Below, piece by piece: positions 31,808 to 41,491 of a stretch of 64,000 bases of DNA (the first letter of the stretch is position 1; each line of letters begins with the position of its first letter). The position numbers were made by a program, and so were the translations under genes. Source of the stretch: Gammaproteobacteria bacterium. GTDB lineage: Bacteria; Pseudomonadota; Gammaproteobacteria; Pseudomonadales; JAUIET01. Location: the NCBI GenBank assembly GCA_030431775.1, contig JAUIHW010000021.1, forward strand, positions 1,997 through 65,996. The letters run 5' to 3'. The notes below the pieces were generated by a model. The model saw only the letters and a list, made by a program, of their open reading frames with translations, ran no database searches and had not been told where the DNA came from.

Positions 31808-32200
31808 TCACGTGCCCAGCAAAACCGCCGCGGCCAGCAGACTGACCAATAAAACAACTACAAAGCCCGCAAATAACGCAATGTAATGCAGCGGCTCAGC
31901 CCATTTGAACACGGCGGCAAACAACAGCCCCGTGAACAGTAATTTCCCCAACTCGGCCTGAATAAACCCACCAACGACCCGGGCCACCGATCGCGTGCCA
32001 TTATAGGAGAAGGCACGCCAGGCAAAGTAGGCGTTGGGCAGCACCACTATCAGGCCACCCAGCAACAGCGATTTTCCAGCTATCCAGCCGATAAAACCCC
32101 AACCGGCCACGGCTAAAACCATGGTGGCCAGGCACTGCAAACCGATCAATCGGTGGGTGGGTGGTTTTCTGATACCGGCAGGGCTGTGTACCAGAACCAT
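31808..32200 (-). CDS. atpI: ATP synthase protein I
   Basis: 130-aa polytopic membrane protein. First gene of the atp operon. Confidence 0.85.
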   Translation of the reverse strand: MVLVHSPAGIRKPPTHRLIGLQCLATMVLAVAGWGFIGWIAGKSLLLGGLIVVLPNAYFAWRAFSYNGTRSVARVVGGFIQAELGKLLFTGLLFAAVFKWAEPLHYIALFAGFVVVLLVSLLAAAVLLGT

Positions 32201-32227
32201 GCGTGTTGCCCTTAGTTGCGCGCGCGA

Positions 32228-32256
32228 ATTATAGAGATTATGCCAATGATAGGCAA
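32228..32256 (-). promoter_or_regulatory. sigma-70 promoter of the atp operon
   Basis: On the minus strand: TTGCCT, a 17-nt spacer, then a perfect TATAAT. The -10 element ends 27 nt upstream of the atpI ATG. Confidence 0.55.
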
Positions 32257-32356
32257 CTGATAGCCAGTGCCGCCGAGCATAAATCGCCGTGTTTCCCGCG
32301 GATTACCGTAATTTTTTTCGCAAAGATCACAGTCACTCAATCAGACGGCAGTCAGG

Positions 32357-33262
32357 CTAGTGCTGCAGACGTTCCAGCAGGCCATCGAGCTCATCCACAC
32401 TGGAGTAACTGAATGAGATCGTTCCGCTGCCAGACGATTTATGCTTGATAGCAACCGGCAGCCCCAGTTTCTCGCCCAGTTCCTCTTCCAGGCGTGCAGT
32501 GTCCCTGCTTTTGACACCACCCGGTTGCGGTTTTTTGGGTTTCTGACTCTGGCGTACGGCATTTTCAGTCTGGCGCACACTCAGGCCCTGGTTGACAACC
32601 CGACGAGCCAGCTCCAGTTGAGCGCCGCCAGACAGGGCTAACAATGCTTTCGCATGGCCAGCTTCCAGGTCGCCATGTTCCAGCATCACCCTGACTTCGC
32701 TTTCCAATTGCAATAGACGCAGCAGGTTGGACACACCGGCTCGTGATTTACCAACCGCATCGGCTATTTCCTGGTGAGTCAAATCAAACTCTTCCTGCAA
32801 ACGCTGCAAAGCCAGGGCTTCCTCGATCGGGTTAAGGTCTTCGCGCTGGATATTCTCAATCAGCGCCATGGCAATTGCAGCCTCGTCAGGCACGTCCTTT
32901 ACAAGAGCTGGGATTCGCTCCAGCCCAGCCTGCTGACTGGCTCGCCAGCGACGTTCGCCAGCGATGATTTCGAACTGTTCGCCGGCTATTGGTCGAACAA
33001 CGATGGGTTGCATGACCCCCTGAGCCTGGATAGATGCGGCCAATTCCTGCAGCGCTTCGGGTCGCATGTCCCGCCTGGGTTGATATTTACCAGCTTGGAT
33101 CTGATCGATGGGCAGTTCGCGCAACACACCCTCTCGAGATGGGTCGGCGCTGATCAACGGATCCGTCGCGGTAGCTGGGTTATTGGCCTGAGCCGCACCT
33201 GGGCCCGTGCTTCCAAGCAGGGCGTCCAAACCACGCCCCAAACCTTTCTTACGTGCTGCCAT
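32357..33262 (-). CDS. parB: chromosome partitioning protein ParB (Spo0J)
   Basis: 'KKGLGRGLDALL', the 'GERRWRA' arginine patch and an HTH region. 301 aa. Confidence 0.96.
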   Translation of the reverse strand: MAARKKGLGRGLDALLGSTGPGAAQANNPATATDPLISADPSREGVLRELPIDQIQAGKYQPRRDMRPEALQELAASIQAQGVMQPIVVRPIAGEQFEIIAGERRWRASQQAGLERIPALVKDVPDEAAIAMALIENIQREDLNPIEEALALQRLQEEFDLTHQEIADAVGKSRAGVSNLLRLLQLESEVRVMLEHGDLEAGHAKALLALSGGAQLELARRVVNQGLSVRQTENAVRQSQKPKKPQPGGVKSRDTARLEEELGEKLGLPVAIKHKSSGSGTISFSYSSVDELDGLLERLQH

Positions 33263-33265
33263 TGA

Positions 33266-34066
33266 TCACTCATTCACCGCTGTAGCGCTTCTTTGCTGTT
33301 CATGCCGGCGCAGCATCTCGCCGGCCAGCGCCAGATAAGCCAGAGCCCCCTTGGACTGCTTATCGTAAATTAAAACCGGTAGGCCAAAGCTCGGTGCCTC
33401 GGCCAGCCGAACGTTGCGCGGAATCGCCGTGCGATAAACCCGATCACCAAAATAGTCCATTAACTGCTGAGATACATCCCTGGTGAGACTGTTTCGAGGG
33501 TCGTACATCGTGCGCAAGATCCCTTCGATTTCAAGTGTTGGGTTCAGGCTCTGCTTTACCCTGGAGATAGTATCCAGCAAGCCCGATAAACCCTCCAGCG
33601 CAAAATATTCGCATTGCACCGGTATAAGCACTCCATCCGACGCTACCAGTGCATTGACGGTTAACATGTTCAATGACGGTGGGCAATCGATCACTATATA
33701 ATCGTAATGCTCTCGCGCCTCGTCGATAGCAAGCCGCAAACGGTGTTCACGATTGTCCAGCGACAGCAGCTCTACTTCTGCTGCTGTCAGATCGCTGTTT
33801 CCGGGCAGCACATCGTAGCCACCTTCCGGGCTGGGCTGCGCTACCCTATCTATAGCCTGCTGATCCACCAACACATCATAAGTGGATGACTCAAGCTCGA
33901 GTTTATTGATACCACTGCCCATGGTTGCATTACCTTGGGAATCCAAATCAATCAGCAACAGCCTGCGTTTGGTTGCCGCCAGAGAAGCGGCTAAATTGAT
34001 TGCCGAGGTGGTTTTACCTACCCCACCTTTCTGATTGGTAACAGCGAAAACTTGTTTAGCGTGCAT
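33266..34066 (-). CDS. parA: chromosome partitioning ATPase ParA (Soj)
   Basis: Deviant Walker A 'NQKGGVGKTT'. ATG 34066 is preferred over TTG 34078. Overlaps the rsmG 3' end by 11 nt. Confidence 0.95.
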   Translation of the reverse strand: MHAKQVFAVTNQKGGVGKTTSAINLAASLAATKRRLLLIDLDSQGNATMGSGINKLELESSTYDVLVDQQAIDRVAQPSPEGGYDVLPGNSDLTAAEVELLSLDNREHRLRLAIDEAREHYDYIVIDCPPSLNMLTVNALVASDGVLIPVQCEYFALEGLSGLLDTISRVKQSLNPTLEIEGILRTMYDPRNSLTRDVSQQLMDYFGDRVYRTAIPRNVRLAEAPSFGLPVLIYDKQSKGALAYLALAGEMLRRHEQQRSATAVNE

Positions 34067-34700
34067 GCTGGAATTCAAACAGGTGCCGACTTTGTTGCGA
34101 GTGTGACAGCGGGATACAGCGGGCCAAAGTAAACGGTTTGGGAATTTCCTGCAACTCTTCAGGCTTATTTTGCCCTTTCATAAACAGCACCCGCCCGCTT
34201 TCTGAGCATAAATGACCCGCCAGCTGTAAACCCTCGGCCATGCTGGTCCAGGCTCGACTGATGATCCGGTCATAGCGCTGTTCAGGCTGAAAGCGTTCAA
34301 CCCGTTCCTGTACCACCACAACATTCGAAAGCTTCAGATGCGCCACCAATTGAACAAGAAAACGGGTTTTCTTACTATTACTGTCCAACAGTGTGAGCTT
34401 GTTGTCAGGCCTCGCTATCGCCAGTGGTATTCCCGGCAGGCCTGCGCCACTGCCGACATCGAGCCAGGTCGCAGAATAAGCGCTATTGACAGCAGGGTCA
34501 TCAAGATAAGGTAACGCTAATAACGAGTCGACTATGTGTCGACTGACTACTTCACTCTCGGTGGCTTTGCCAATCAGGTTAACACGCCTGTTCCAGTGCA
34601 GAAGGAATTCAATAAATGCGGCCAACTGCCCAAGCTGATGTTTGCTCAGAGTAATATTGTTATCAAGCAGCTCAGTTTCCAATGAGGAGAACGCTTTCAC
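34056..34700 (-). CDS. rsmG: 16S rRNA (guanine527-N7)-methyltransferase
   Basis: 'DVGSGAGLPGIPLAI' SAM motif, GidB family, GTG start sharing 1 nt with the mnmG stop. Confidence 0.93.
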   Translation of the reverse strand: MKAFSSLETELLDNNITLSKHQLGQLAAFIEFLLHWNRRVNLIGKATESEVVSRHIVDSLLALPYLDDPAVNSAYSATWLDVGSGAGLPGIPLAIARPDNKLTLLDSNSKKTRFLVQLVAHLKLSNVVVVQERVERFQPEQRYDRIISRAWTSMAEGLQLAGHLCSESGRVLFMKGQNKPEELQEIPKPFTLARCIPLSHSQQSRHLFEFQHAR

Positions 34701-36562
34701 TAAGCCTTCTTCAGGTAAATGAGCAATTGCGATACTGCGGCTGGAGTCACTCCCGGTACCCTTGATGCCTGGCCAAGAGTTTCAGGGCGTGCCTGTTCCA
34801 GTTTCTGTTGAACTTCATTAGACAACCCACCGACTACCGTATAATCGAAACCAACCGGTATAACGACCTGCTCACTGCGCTTCATCCGCTCGATATCGTC
34901 TCGCTGTCGGTCTATATAGCCCGCGTACTTCACATCAACCTCTACTTGCTCAGCGATGCTCGGCGCTGGTACATCCCGCCCAAACGCCTTGCATAAATCG
35001 TCCAGCCTAAGTTCAGGCCGTTTTAATAAATCAATAAGTCGATGCTCGTGACTTAAGGGTTTATCCAGCTTTTCCTGTAACTGATCTGAGTGGTGACTGT
35101 TTGCCTGAACAAATGTGTTTGTTAGCCAGGTGTTTTCACTGGCTATTGCCTCCTGTTTTTTATTGAAAGCCTGCCACCGGCTGTCGCCAACCAGGCCAAG
35201 CTCCCTGCCCAACTCAGTAAGACGGCGGTCAGCATTATCTTCACGAAGCAACAAGCGATACTCAGCGCGACTGGTAAACATTCTATAAGGCTCGCTGGTA
35301 CCCAAAGTTACCAGGTCATCGACCAGTACTCCCAGGTAAGCCTGGTCTCTGCGCGGCCACCAAGCGTCCAGGCCTTTGCTTTGGCGCGCGGCGTTCAGGC
35401 CCGCGAGCAAGCCCTGAGCCGCCGCTTCCTCATAGCCCGTTGTGCCGTTGATTTGTCCGGCAAAAAACAAGCCTTGAATCGATTTGGTTTCAAGACTGTG
35501 CCTGAGATCACGCGGGTCAAAAAAATCGTACTCGATGGCGTACCCCGGGCGGGTTATTTGGGCGTGTTCAAACCCTTTAATTGAACGAACCAGCTGCAAT
35601 TGGCTTGCAAATGACAGACTGGTTGAAATGCCATTGGGGTATAGCTCATTGCTGGTCAGTCCTTCCGGCTCGATAAAGATCTGATGCGATTGCTTATCGG
35701 CAAATCGCATTACTTTATCTTCAATTGAAGGACAGTAGCGCGGCCCCACCCCCTCGATGGTTCCGCTGTACAAGGGAGACTCATCCAGACCAGCCCGGAT
35801 GATGTCATGGGTTTGTGCGTTGGTATGGGTAATGTGGCAGGGCAGCTGGGCAGGGTGGTCAAGTGGGCTGCCGAGATAAGACATGACCGGCCGTGGCTCA
35901 TCGCCTGGCTGTACCTGGAGATCGCTAAAATCCACACTGCGCGAATCGATTCGCGGCGGCGTTCCGGTTTTCAGGCGGCCAACATTGAACGGCAGCTCTC
36001 TAAGGCGCTCGGCAAGAGCAATTGTGGCCGGATCACCCGCTCGACCCGCAGACTGGTTCTGCATGCCAATATGGATTCGCCCCCCAAGAAAGGTGCCCGT
36101 TGTCAGCACGACTGCAGGTGCTTCAAACACGATGCCGCTTTGCGTTCGGACCCCACACACCCGGTCACCTTTTACAACCAGATCGTCGGCCGCTTGCTGG
36201 AATATCTGCAGGTTTTCCTGGTTTTCCAAGACCTGACGAATAGCCGCCCGGTACAGGACCCGGTCAGCTTGAGCACGTGTAGCCCGAACCGCTGGGCCCT
36301 TTCTGGAATTCAGCACCCTGAATTGTATGCCTGCCTGGTCCGTTGCCAGGGCCATGGCGCCACCGAGTGCATCAATTTCTTTAACCAGGTGGCTCTTGCC
36401 AATACCGCCGATAGCGGGATTGCAGGACATTTGCCCTAATGTATCCACGTTATGGGTAAGCAGCAGAGTTCTCACTCCAAGTCGAGCCGCCGCCAGCGCT
36501 GCTTCAGTACCAGCATGTCCGCCGCCAATTACGATTACAGCAAATTGTTCCGGGTATATCAC
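34700..36562 (-). CDS. mnmG: tRNA uridine 5-carboxymethylaminomethyl modification enzyme MnmG (GidA)
   Basis: '[14 protein letters not shown]' FAD motif. 620 aa. GTG start. Confidence 0.97.
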   Translation of the reverse strand: MIYPEQFAVIVIGGGHAGTEAALAAARLGVRTLLLTHNVDTLGQMSCNPAIGGIGKSHLVKEIDALGGAMALATDQAGIQFRVLNSRKGPAVRATRAQADRVLYRAAIRQVLENQENLQIFQQAADDLVVKGDRVCGVRTQSGIVFEAPAVVLTTGTFLGGRIHIGMQNQSAGRAGDPATIALAERLRELPFNVGRLKTGTPPRIDSRSVDFSDLQVQPGDEPRPVMSYLGSPLDHPAQLPCHITHTNAQTHDIIRAGLDESPLYSGTIEGVGPRYCPSIEDKVMRFADKQSHQIFIEPEGLTSNELYPNGISTSLSFASQLQLVRSIKGFEHAQITRPGYAIEYDFFDPRDLRHSLETKSIQGLFFAGQINGTTGYEEAAAQGLLAGLNAARQSKGLDAWWPRRDQAYLGVLVDDLVTLGTSEPYRMFTSRAEYRLLLREDNADRRLTELGRELGLVGDSRWQAFNKKQEAIASENTWLTNTFVQANSHHSDQLQEKLDKPLSHEHRLIDLLKRPELRLDDLCKAFGRDVPAPSIAEQVEVDVKYAGYIDRQRDDIERMKRSEQVVIPVGFDYTVVGGLSNEVQQKLEQARPETLGQASRVPGVTPAAVSQLLIYLKKA

Positions 36563-36604
36563 TGTCGGCCAAATCTCTGTATGAGGGGTTTCAAGGGGAG
36601 CGGA

Positions 36605-36842
36605 TTATACACAACAGGCATTTTCCTGCGGCGATAGAGTTACCGGCCTTATTAGATAGATGTTGTTATTTATGGTCGTTCATCTAACAGTGGAAAACTC
36701 GATATAGTGCAGGTATTTCAATTATTTAACAGTATAAATACTGTGGGAAAATGGCTTGAGAAACCGTGGGTTAACCGTGGTTAAGCAGGTATGGTCTGTC
36801 GATAATCTCTGAGCTTGTTTTTACTGCTTAACGTTATCCAGA
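36605..36842. promoter_or_regulatory. cluster of DnaA-box-like 9-mers in the mnmG-mnmE spacer
   Basis: One-mismatch boxes: TTATACACA (36605-13), TGTCGATAA (36797-805) and TTATCCAGA (36834-42). Two-mismatch boxes: AGTGGAAAA (36689-97) and TGTGGGAAA (36742-50). Tandem AACCGTGG(G)TT repeats at 36762-36782. The spacer is relatively AT-rich. Confidence 0.45.
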
Positions 36843-36858
36843 GTTTTGCACAGGCTTT

Positions 36859-38265
36859 CTACTTACCAATACAGAATGAAGAAAAAATCTCGCCAAGCAA
36901 TTCGTCCGAGCTGATCCGGCCGGTAATTTCACCCAGAACATTCTGGGCTTGTCGAAGATCTTCAGCCAACAGCTCACCAGCGCCGTGCTCCAGTAACTGC
37001 TGCTGACCTCGTTCGATCAGCGACAGGGATTCGCCAAGAGCATTCAGATGGCGTCGCCGGGCCAGCAGGGGGCTGGGTAACTGCACATCCATGCCAACCA
37101 TTCTTTTAATGGTCTCGCGTAACGCGGGCAGGCCAAACCCGGTTTTTGCAGACACGGCGCAATAGTCGTTGAGCCGGTCCCTTGCTGCGCGATCCACGGG
37201 TAAGGCAGACACTACGTCCTTATCCAATAAATCGCACTTATTATCCACACAAAGCAGCTTTGCTTGCGGTGTATCCGGCAGGCCAAGAGCGTCTGACCAG
37301 CTTGCCGGAGCGACCGGAGCGGTTCCTTCGCTGGCTGCATCGCGGACCAGCAAAATGAGGTCGGCCTTCGCGACCGCAGCTTTCGCTCTGCGGACTCCTT
37401 CCTGTTCAATAACATCGTCGGACTCGCGTAAGCCGGCCGTGTCTATTAATTGGGCGTGCAGGCCATCGATGTTGATGCTTTCTTTCAGTAAGTCGCGGGT
37501 TGTGCCGGCGATTGGTGTGACGATGGCCACTTCGTTACCGGACAGGGCATTGAGCAAACTGGATTTTCCCGCATTGGGTTTGCCGGCTATGGCGATGGTT
37601 ATACCTTCTCGTAACAAGGTTCCCTGCTCTGCCTGATGCAATGCTGTCTGATAGGCGGTTCGTAATTCTTCAAGCCCTGTCTGTAGCTCACGGTCTTTAA
37701 GAAAGTCGATCTCTTCTTCCGGAAAGTCCAATGCGGCTTCCACATATATCCGCAGTCGGGTCAGCTGTTCAGCCAGTGTGTCTATCTGTTCTGAAAACCG
37801 TCCTTGCAGACTGCGTAGTGCCCCCTTGGCTTCCTGCTCGGTACGACTGTTGATCAGATCCGCGATTGCCTCGGCCTGGACCAGGTCTATTTTGTCGTTT
37901 AAATAGGCTCGCTCACTGAACTCTCCCGCTCGGGCGTGGCGGGCTCCCAGGGCCAAGCACTGACGCAATAGCAGATCCAGCACGATCGGCCCACCGTGGG
38001 CCTGTAGTTCAACCACGTCTTCACCGGTAAATGACCGCGGAGCAGCGAAATACAGTGCGACTCCCTGGTCAATCAACTCGGCCTGTTCTGTCTGCTTATT
38101 ATAGAAGGCCGTGGTGACTACCTGACGATCACGCAATGGGTGACCGCAGATCCTTTCGGCGATTAAGCGGCTGTTCACACCACTGAGTCGAACAATACCA
38201 ATACCACCTACCCCGGGTGCGGTGGCTACGGCCGCTATGGTGTCCCAATCAAGGGCATTGCTCAT
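36859..38265 (-). CDS. mnmE: tRNA modification GTPase MnmE (TrmE)
   Basis: 'GKPNAGKSSLLN' G1 motif and C-terminal 'FCIGK'. 468 aa. Confidence 0.97.
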   Translation of the reverse strand: MSNALDWDTIAAVATAPGVGGIGIVRLSGVNSRLIAERICGHPLRDRQVVTTAFYNKQTEQAELIDQGVALYFAAPRSFTGEDVVELQAHGGPIVLDLLLRQCLALGARHARAGEFSERAYLNDKIDLVQAEAIADLINSRTEQEAKGALRSLQGRFSEQIDTLAEQLTRLRIYVEAALDFPEEEIDFLKDRELQTGLEELRTAYQTALHQAEQGTLLREGITIAIAGKPNAGKSSLLNALSGNEVAIVTPIAGTTRDLLKESINIDGLHAQLIDTAGLRESDDVIEQEGVRRAKAAVAKADLILLVRDAASEGTAPVAPASWSDALGLPDTPQAKLLCVDNKCDLLDKDVVSALPVDRAARDRLNDYCAVSAKTGFGLPALRETIKRMVGMDVQLPSPLLARRRHLNALGESLSLIERGQQQLLEHGAGELLAEDLRQAQNVLGEITGRISSDELLGEIFSSFCIGK

Positions 38266-38291
38266 TCAAAGCCCCATTCAGCTCAATCGGC

Positions 38292-40028
38292 CTAAGCCTT
38301 CTGACTGGCTTGTTCGATCTGCCGGGTTATCACCCATTGTTGTGCAATGGACAACAGGTTGTTTGTCAGCCAGTACAATACCAGGCCGGCAGGGAAAAAC
38401 AGGAACAGGAAGGTCATTACCACCGGCATCCACTGGAAAATCTTGGCTTGCATGGGGTCTGGTGGTGGTGGATTAAGCTTTTGCATAAACCACATACTGG
38501 CGCCCATCAGAAGAGGAAGTACGAACAGTGGGTCCATTGCCGACAAGTCCTGAATCCATCCAAGAAAGGGTGAATGGCGTAATTCCACGCTTTCCATCAG
38601 AACCCAGTAAAGAGCAATAAATACCGGCATTTGAATCAGCATGGGTAAGCAACTGCCCAACGGATTTATTTTCTCCTTCTTATACAGTTCCATCATGGCT
38701 TGGGAATACTTTTGCCGATCATCTCCATAGCGGTCTTTCAGTTCCGCCAGCTTGGGGGCAACCACTCGCATTTTGGCCATGGATTTATAACTGGAGGCAG
38801 ATAACTGGAAAAAAGCCAGCTTGATCAGAAAGGTCAACGCGACAATTGACCAACCCCAGTTACCAATAAACCCGTGCAGCCAGGTCAGTACCCAAAATAG
38901 CGGCTGAGCGATCCACCACAGCCAGCCGTAGTCGACGGTCAAGTCGAGACCAGGAGAGATTTCCTCCAGTACGTACTGATCCTTGGGGCCCGCATAGAAA
39001 CGGGCAGACAAAATACCCTGCTCTCCGGCCGCAACATTCAGCAGTGGTCCGGTCAGGCGAAAAATATTGTGCCCCTGTTGAGTTCGGGCACTGGAATACA
39101 CGGTTCGCTGTTCGGCGGGAGGTATCCAGGCGCTGATAAAGTAATGTTGCACCATTGCCAGCCAACCACCGGTTTCTTCAGACCGGTATGTGTCGTCTTC
39201 GATATCATCGAAACTGACTTTGACATAAGGTTCATCGGCGGTCGTGGTCGCAAAACCCAGGTAGTTCACCATACCCAGACCACCGCTATTGGAGCCGGGG
39301 TCAGCAGAGTTGTCTCGTTTGATTTGCGCGAAAAGAGCAGCTTGCCAGGCCGATTGGCCACCATTTTTGACCCGATACTCAAGATCAACCTGGTAGGAAG
39401 AGCGGCTGAAGGTAAATACCTTGTCAATGCGAACACTGTCAGGGTTGGTGTAGCTTAGCACGACTTCCAATGAATCCTCGCCGTCGGCCAAACGATATTC
39501 CTGGCCAGCGCTTTCGAAAAGCGGCCTGCCTGCGGCTGTATCGGTAGCGTTTGGACCTATCAGGCCACTTTGGGCAACATAGGTGAGAGAGGTGTTGCGA
39601 TTAAGAAGTACAAAAGACTCACTGCCTTCAAGTGTGCGTTTGTGTTGCGGCAGGGCAACATAAATAATATCGCCACCTAAGGGATCGATTTGCAAATCCA
39701 GTGTGTCGGTCAAAACCTTGATGAAACTGTGTTGTTGCCCGCTGTTCGGGACGGCCGCTTGAGCGGCTACGCTGTCTTTAGAGGAGGGTATTGCCGTTGG
39801 GATATCAGCTTCAAGATTTGCAAACTCGCTGTTAGTTGTCGTTGAATTTGACCCACTATTTTGCTCTGGGAAATCCTCACCTCCGTCCATGGCATTCGCG
39901 GTGCTGTTCAGGGTGCTGATTGGCCCGCTGGAATCCTGCTCGACCGTGGTAAATGCCTGCCAACGAGTTAACAGCACCAGGGCACAGAACATAATGCCAC
40001 CGATTAAAGCGTAACGATAAACATCCAT
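38292..40028 (-). CDS. yidC: membrane protein insertase YidC
   Basis: N-terminal TM helix, a large periplasmic domain and the conserved C-terminal 5-TM core ('KINPLGSCLPMLIQMPVFIALY'). 578 aa. Confidence 0.97.
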   Translation of the reverse strand: MDVYRYALIGGIMFCALVLLTRWQAFTTVEQDSSGPISTLNSTANAMDGGEDFPEQNSGSNSTTTNSEFANLEADIPTAIPSSKDSVAAQAAVPNSGQQHSFIKVLTDTLDLQIDPLGGDIIYVALPQHKRTLEGSESFVLLNRNTSLTYVAQSGLIGPNATDTAAGRPLFESAGQEYRLADGEDSLEVVLSYTNPDSVRIDKVFTFSRSSYQVDLEYRVKNGGQSAWQAALFAQIKRDNSADPGSNSGGLGMVNYLGFATTTADEPYVKVSFDDIEDDTYRSEETGGWLAMVQHYFISAWIPPAEQRTVYSSARTQQGHNIFRLTGPLLNVAAGEQGILSARFYAGPKDQYVLEEISPGLDLTVDYGWLWWIAQPLFWVLTWLHGFIGNWGWSIVALTFLIKLAFFQLSASSYKSMAKMRVVAPKLAELKDRYGDDRQKYSQAMMELYKKEKINPLGSCLPMLIQMPVFIALYWVLMESVELRHSPFLGWIQDLSAMDPLFVLPLLMGASMWFMQKLNPPPPDPMQAKIFQWMPVVMTFLFLFFPAGLVLYWLTNNLLSIAQQWVITRQIEQASQKA

Positions 40029-40037
40029 AGAGTGGCC

Positions 40038-40322
40038 TTATAGTGTGTCCGCACAACAGGGTGGGGAAGTGGCTTGAGTGGCATCATTATTTGGAACCGG
40101 ATCCACTCCGCCATAAGAAAATGGGTTGCATCTGAGAATGCGCCAAGTGGCTAATCGTAAACCCCGCCTGATGCCATGCTGCTGCAAAGCATGGCGGGCG
40201 TATTCGGAGCAGCTTGGATAGTAACGACAGTGCGGTCCGAGCAGCGGACTGATAAACCATTGGTAAAAGCGAATCAGGCCAACTAGAAGAGCGGCAAAAC
40301 TTTTTTTCAGTAAATGGCTCAT
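40038..40322 (-). CDS. yidD: membrane protein insertion efficiency factor YidD
   Basis: '[27 protein letters not shown]' signature. The ATG at 40322 overlaps the rnpA stop (ATGA). Confidence 0.9.
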   Translation of the reverse strand: MSHLLKKSFAALLVGLIRFYQWFISPLLGPHCRYYPSCSEYARHALQQHGIRRGLRLATWRILRCNPFSYGGVDPVPNNDATQATSPPCCADTL

Positions 40323-40696
40323 GTGGATTCCGGTGGAGCTTGATTGGCGCGCTTGCTTAGGGTATGCCAAGCTTTATCAAGTTCGCTACTGAAAAGTTCA
40401 TGGTTTTGCTGCGCAATACCTCGCCTGGCGAGAAAAACGATGTCCCAGTTGGGAAGTTCATGCTGCTGTTGCCGGAATGATTCTCGAACCAGCCGCTTTA
40501 TACGATTGCGGTCCACGGCTCTTCGAGCATTCTTTTTACTAATCACCAAACCCAGGCGTGGGTTCTGCCTACCAGTGTAACGGGCCAGAATAAGAAAAAC
40601 CGGCCTTGATATTTTTGCTTCGGCCTTATCAAAAACCGGGCCATAGTCTCTGGCAGACAGTAAACGTAACTGTTTGCCGTATCCAAACCGGCCCAT
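40319..40696 (-). CDS. rnpA: ribonuclease P protein component
   Basis: '[27 protein letters not shown]' RNR motif. 125 aa. Confidence 0.95.
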   Translation of the reverse strand: MGRFGYGKQLRLLSARDYGPVFDKAEAKISRPVFLILARYTGRQNPRLGLVISKKNARRAVDRNRIKRLVRESFRQQQHELPNWDIVFLARRGIAQQNHELFSSELDKAWHTLSKRANQAPPEST

Positions 40697-40739
40697 GGTG
40701 TCGTCTCCAACGGCAGAGCCAGTTGCTATGCAGCGATGA

Positions 40740-40874
40740 TTACGCAGTTAGGCGGTGACGGCCTTTCGCTCGGCGACGCTTAATAACCAGACGACCATTT
40801 TTTGTGGCCATGCGTGCTCTGAAGCCATGTCGACGCTTGCGTTTCAGCACGCTGGGCTGAAAAGTTCTCTTCAT
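40740..40874 (-). CDS. rpmH: 50S ribosomal protein L34
   Basis: '[44 protein letters not shown]', 44 aa. The longer ORF-track start was rejected. Confidence 0.97.
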   Translation of the reverse strand: MKRTFQPSVLKRKRRHGFRARMATKNGRLVIKRRRAKGRHRLTA

Positions 40875-40932
40875 TGTCTTACCCGTATTGACCAAGCGCC
40901 CGCAGAAAACGGGCTGGAAAAAAAGAGCGCGC

Positions 40933-40961
40933 ATTGTAGAGAATTCAGTGCGTCTTGGCAA
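40933..40961 (-). promoter_or_regulatory. sigma-70 promoter of rpmH-rnpA
   Basis: On the minus strand: TTGCCA, a 17-nt spacer, then TACAAT, about 58 nt upstream of the rpmH ATG. The leader contains a GCCCG-TTTTCTG-CGGGC hairpin. Confidence 0.5.
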
Positions 40962-41009
40962 TTTCTAGTTTTGCTTATTGGCTCACTGAAGGCCGCTACT
41001 TTTTAATAG

Positions 41010-41327
41010 TTCTCCACAAACGCTGCCCGGCCATTGCCGGTGTGTGGAAAATTCAGCGAAAACTTGCTGGATCAACGGCTTAGTAGCTGAAGATGGAGTG
41101 GTTAAGTTGTTGGAGAATAGCTTGTGAGCGGCTTAATTCAGGTGCCTTATGGGCAGCATAATCACTGGATATCCCCAACTTATTAACAGTTTTATATTAA
41201 TTCCAACAAGATAAATTTTTATATTTTTTTTATCATGGTTCTTCAAAATTAACTTTGTAAGTATCTGATAAACAAATAATAAGTTATTCATATGTATGTA
41301 TTCACAGGGTAAAAAAATTGTGGATAA
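41010..41327. other. predicted chromosomal replication origin (oriC), Pseudomonas-type location between rpmH and dnaA
   Basis: Perfect DnaA box TGTGGATAA (41319-27). One-mismatch boxes TTCTCCACA (41010-18) and TGTGGAAAA (41043-51). Two-mismatch box GTATTCACA (41298-306). An AT-rich unwinding region lies between them. Gene orientation diverges at this spacer. Confidence 0.8.
41181..41300. repeat. AT-rich putative DNA unwinding element within oriC
   Basis: A hand count gives 21 G+C in 120 nt (about 82% AT). TTTTATATT occurs twice (41190-98 and 41217-25). Confidence 0.65.
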
Positions 41328-41491
41328 TAGCTGAGACCGGGGTTACACTGGCGTCGCAGTAGCGCAATTAATAATTCACTCTTTTCTGTGTACCCTGTGT
41401 GGTGCCATGGCGGTGTTTTTACACCTGAAAATGGCCGGCGCTCCAGAGCGCCAACAGGTTGACGGGACTACCGGTAAAAAGCCTAGTAATA

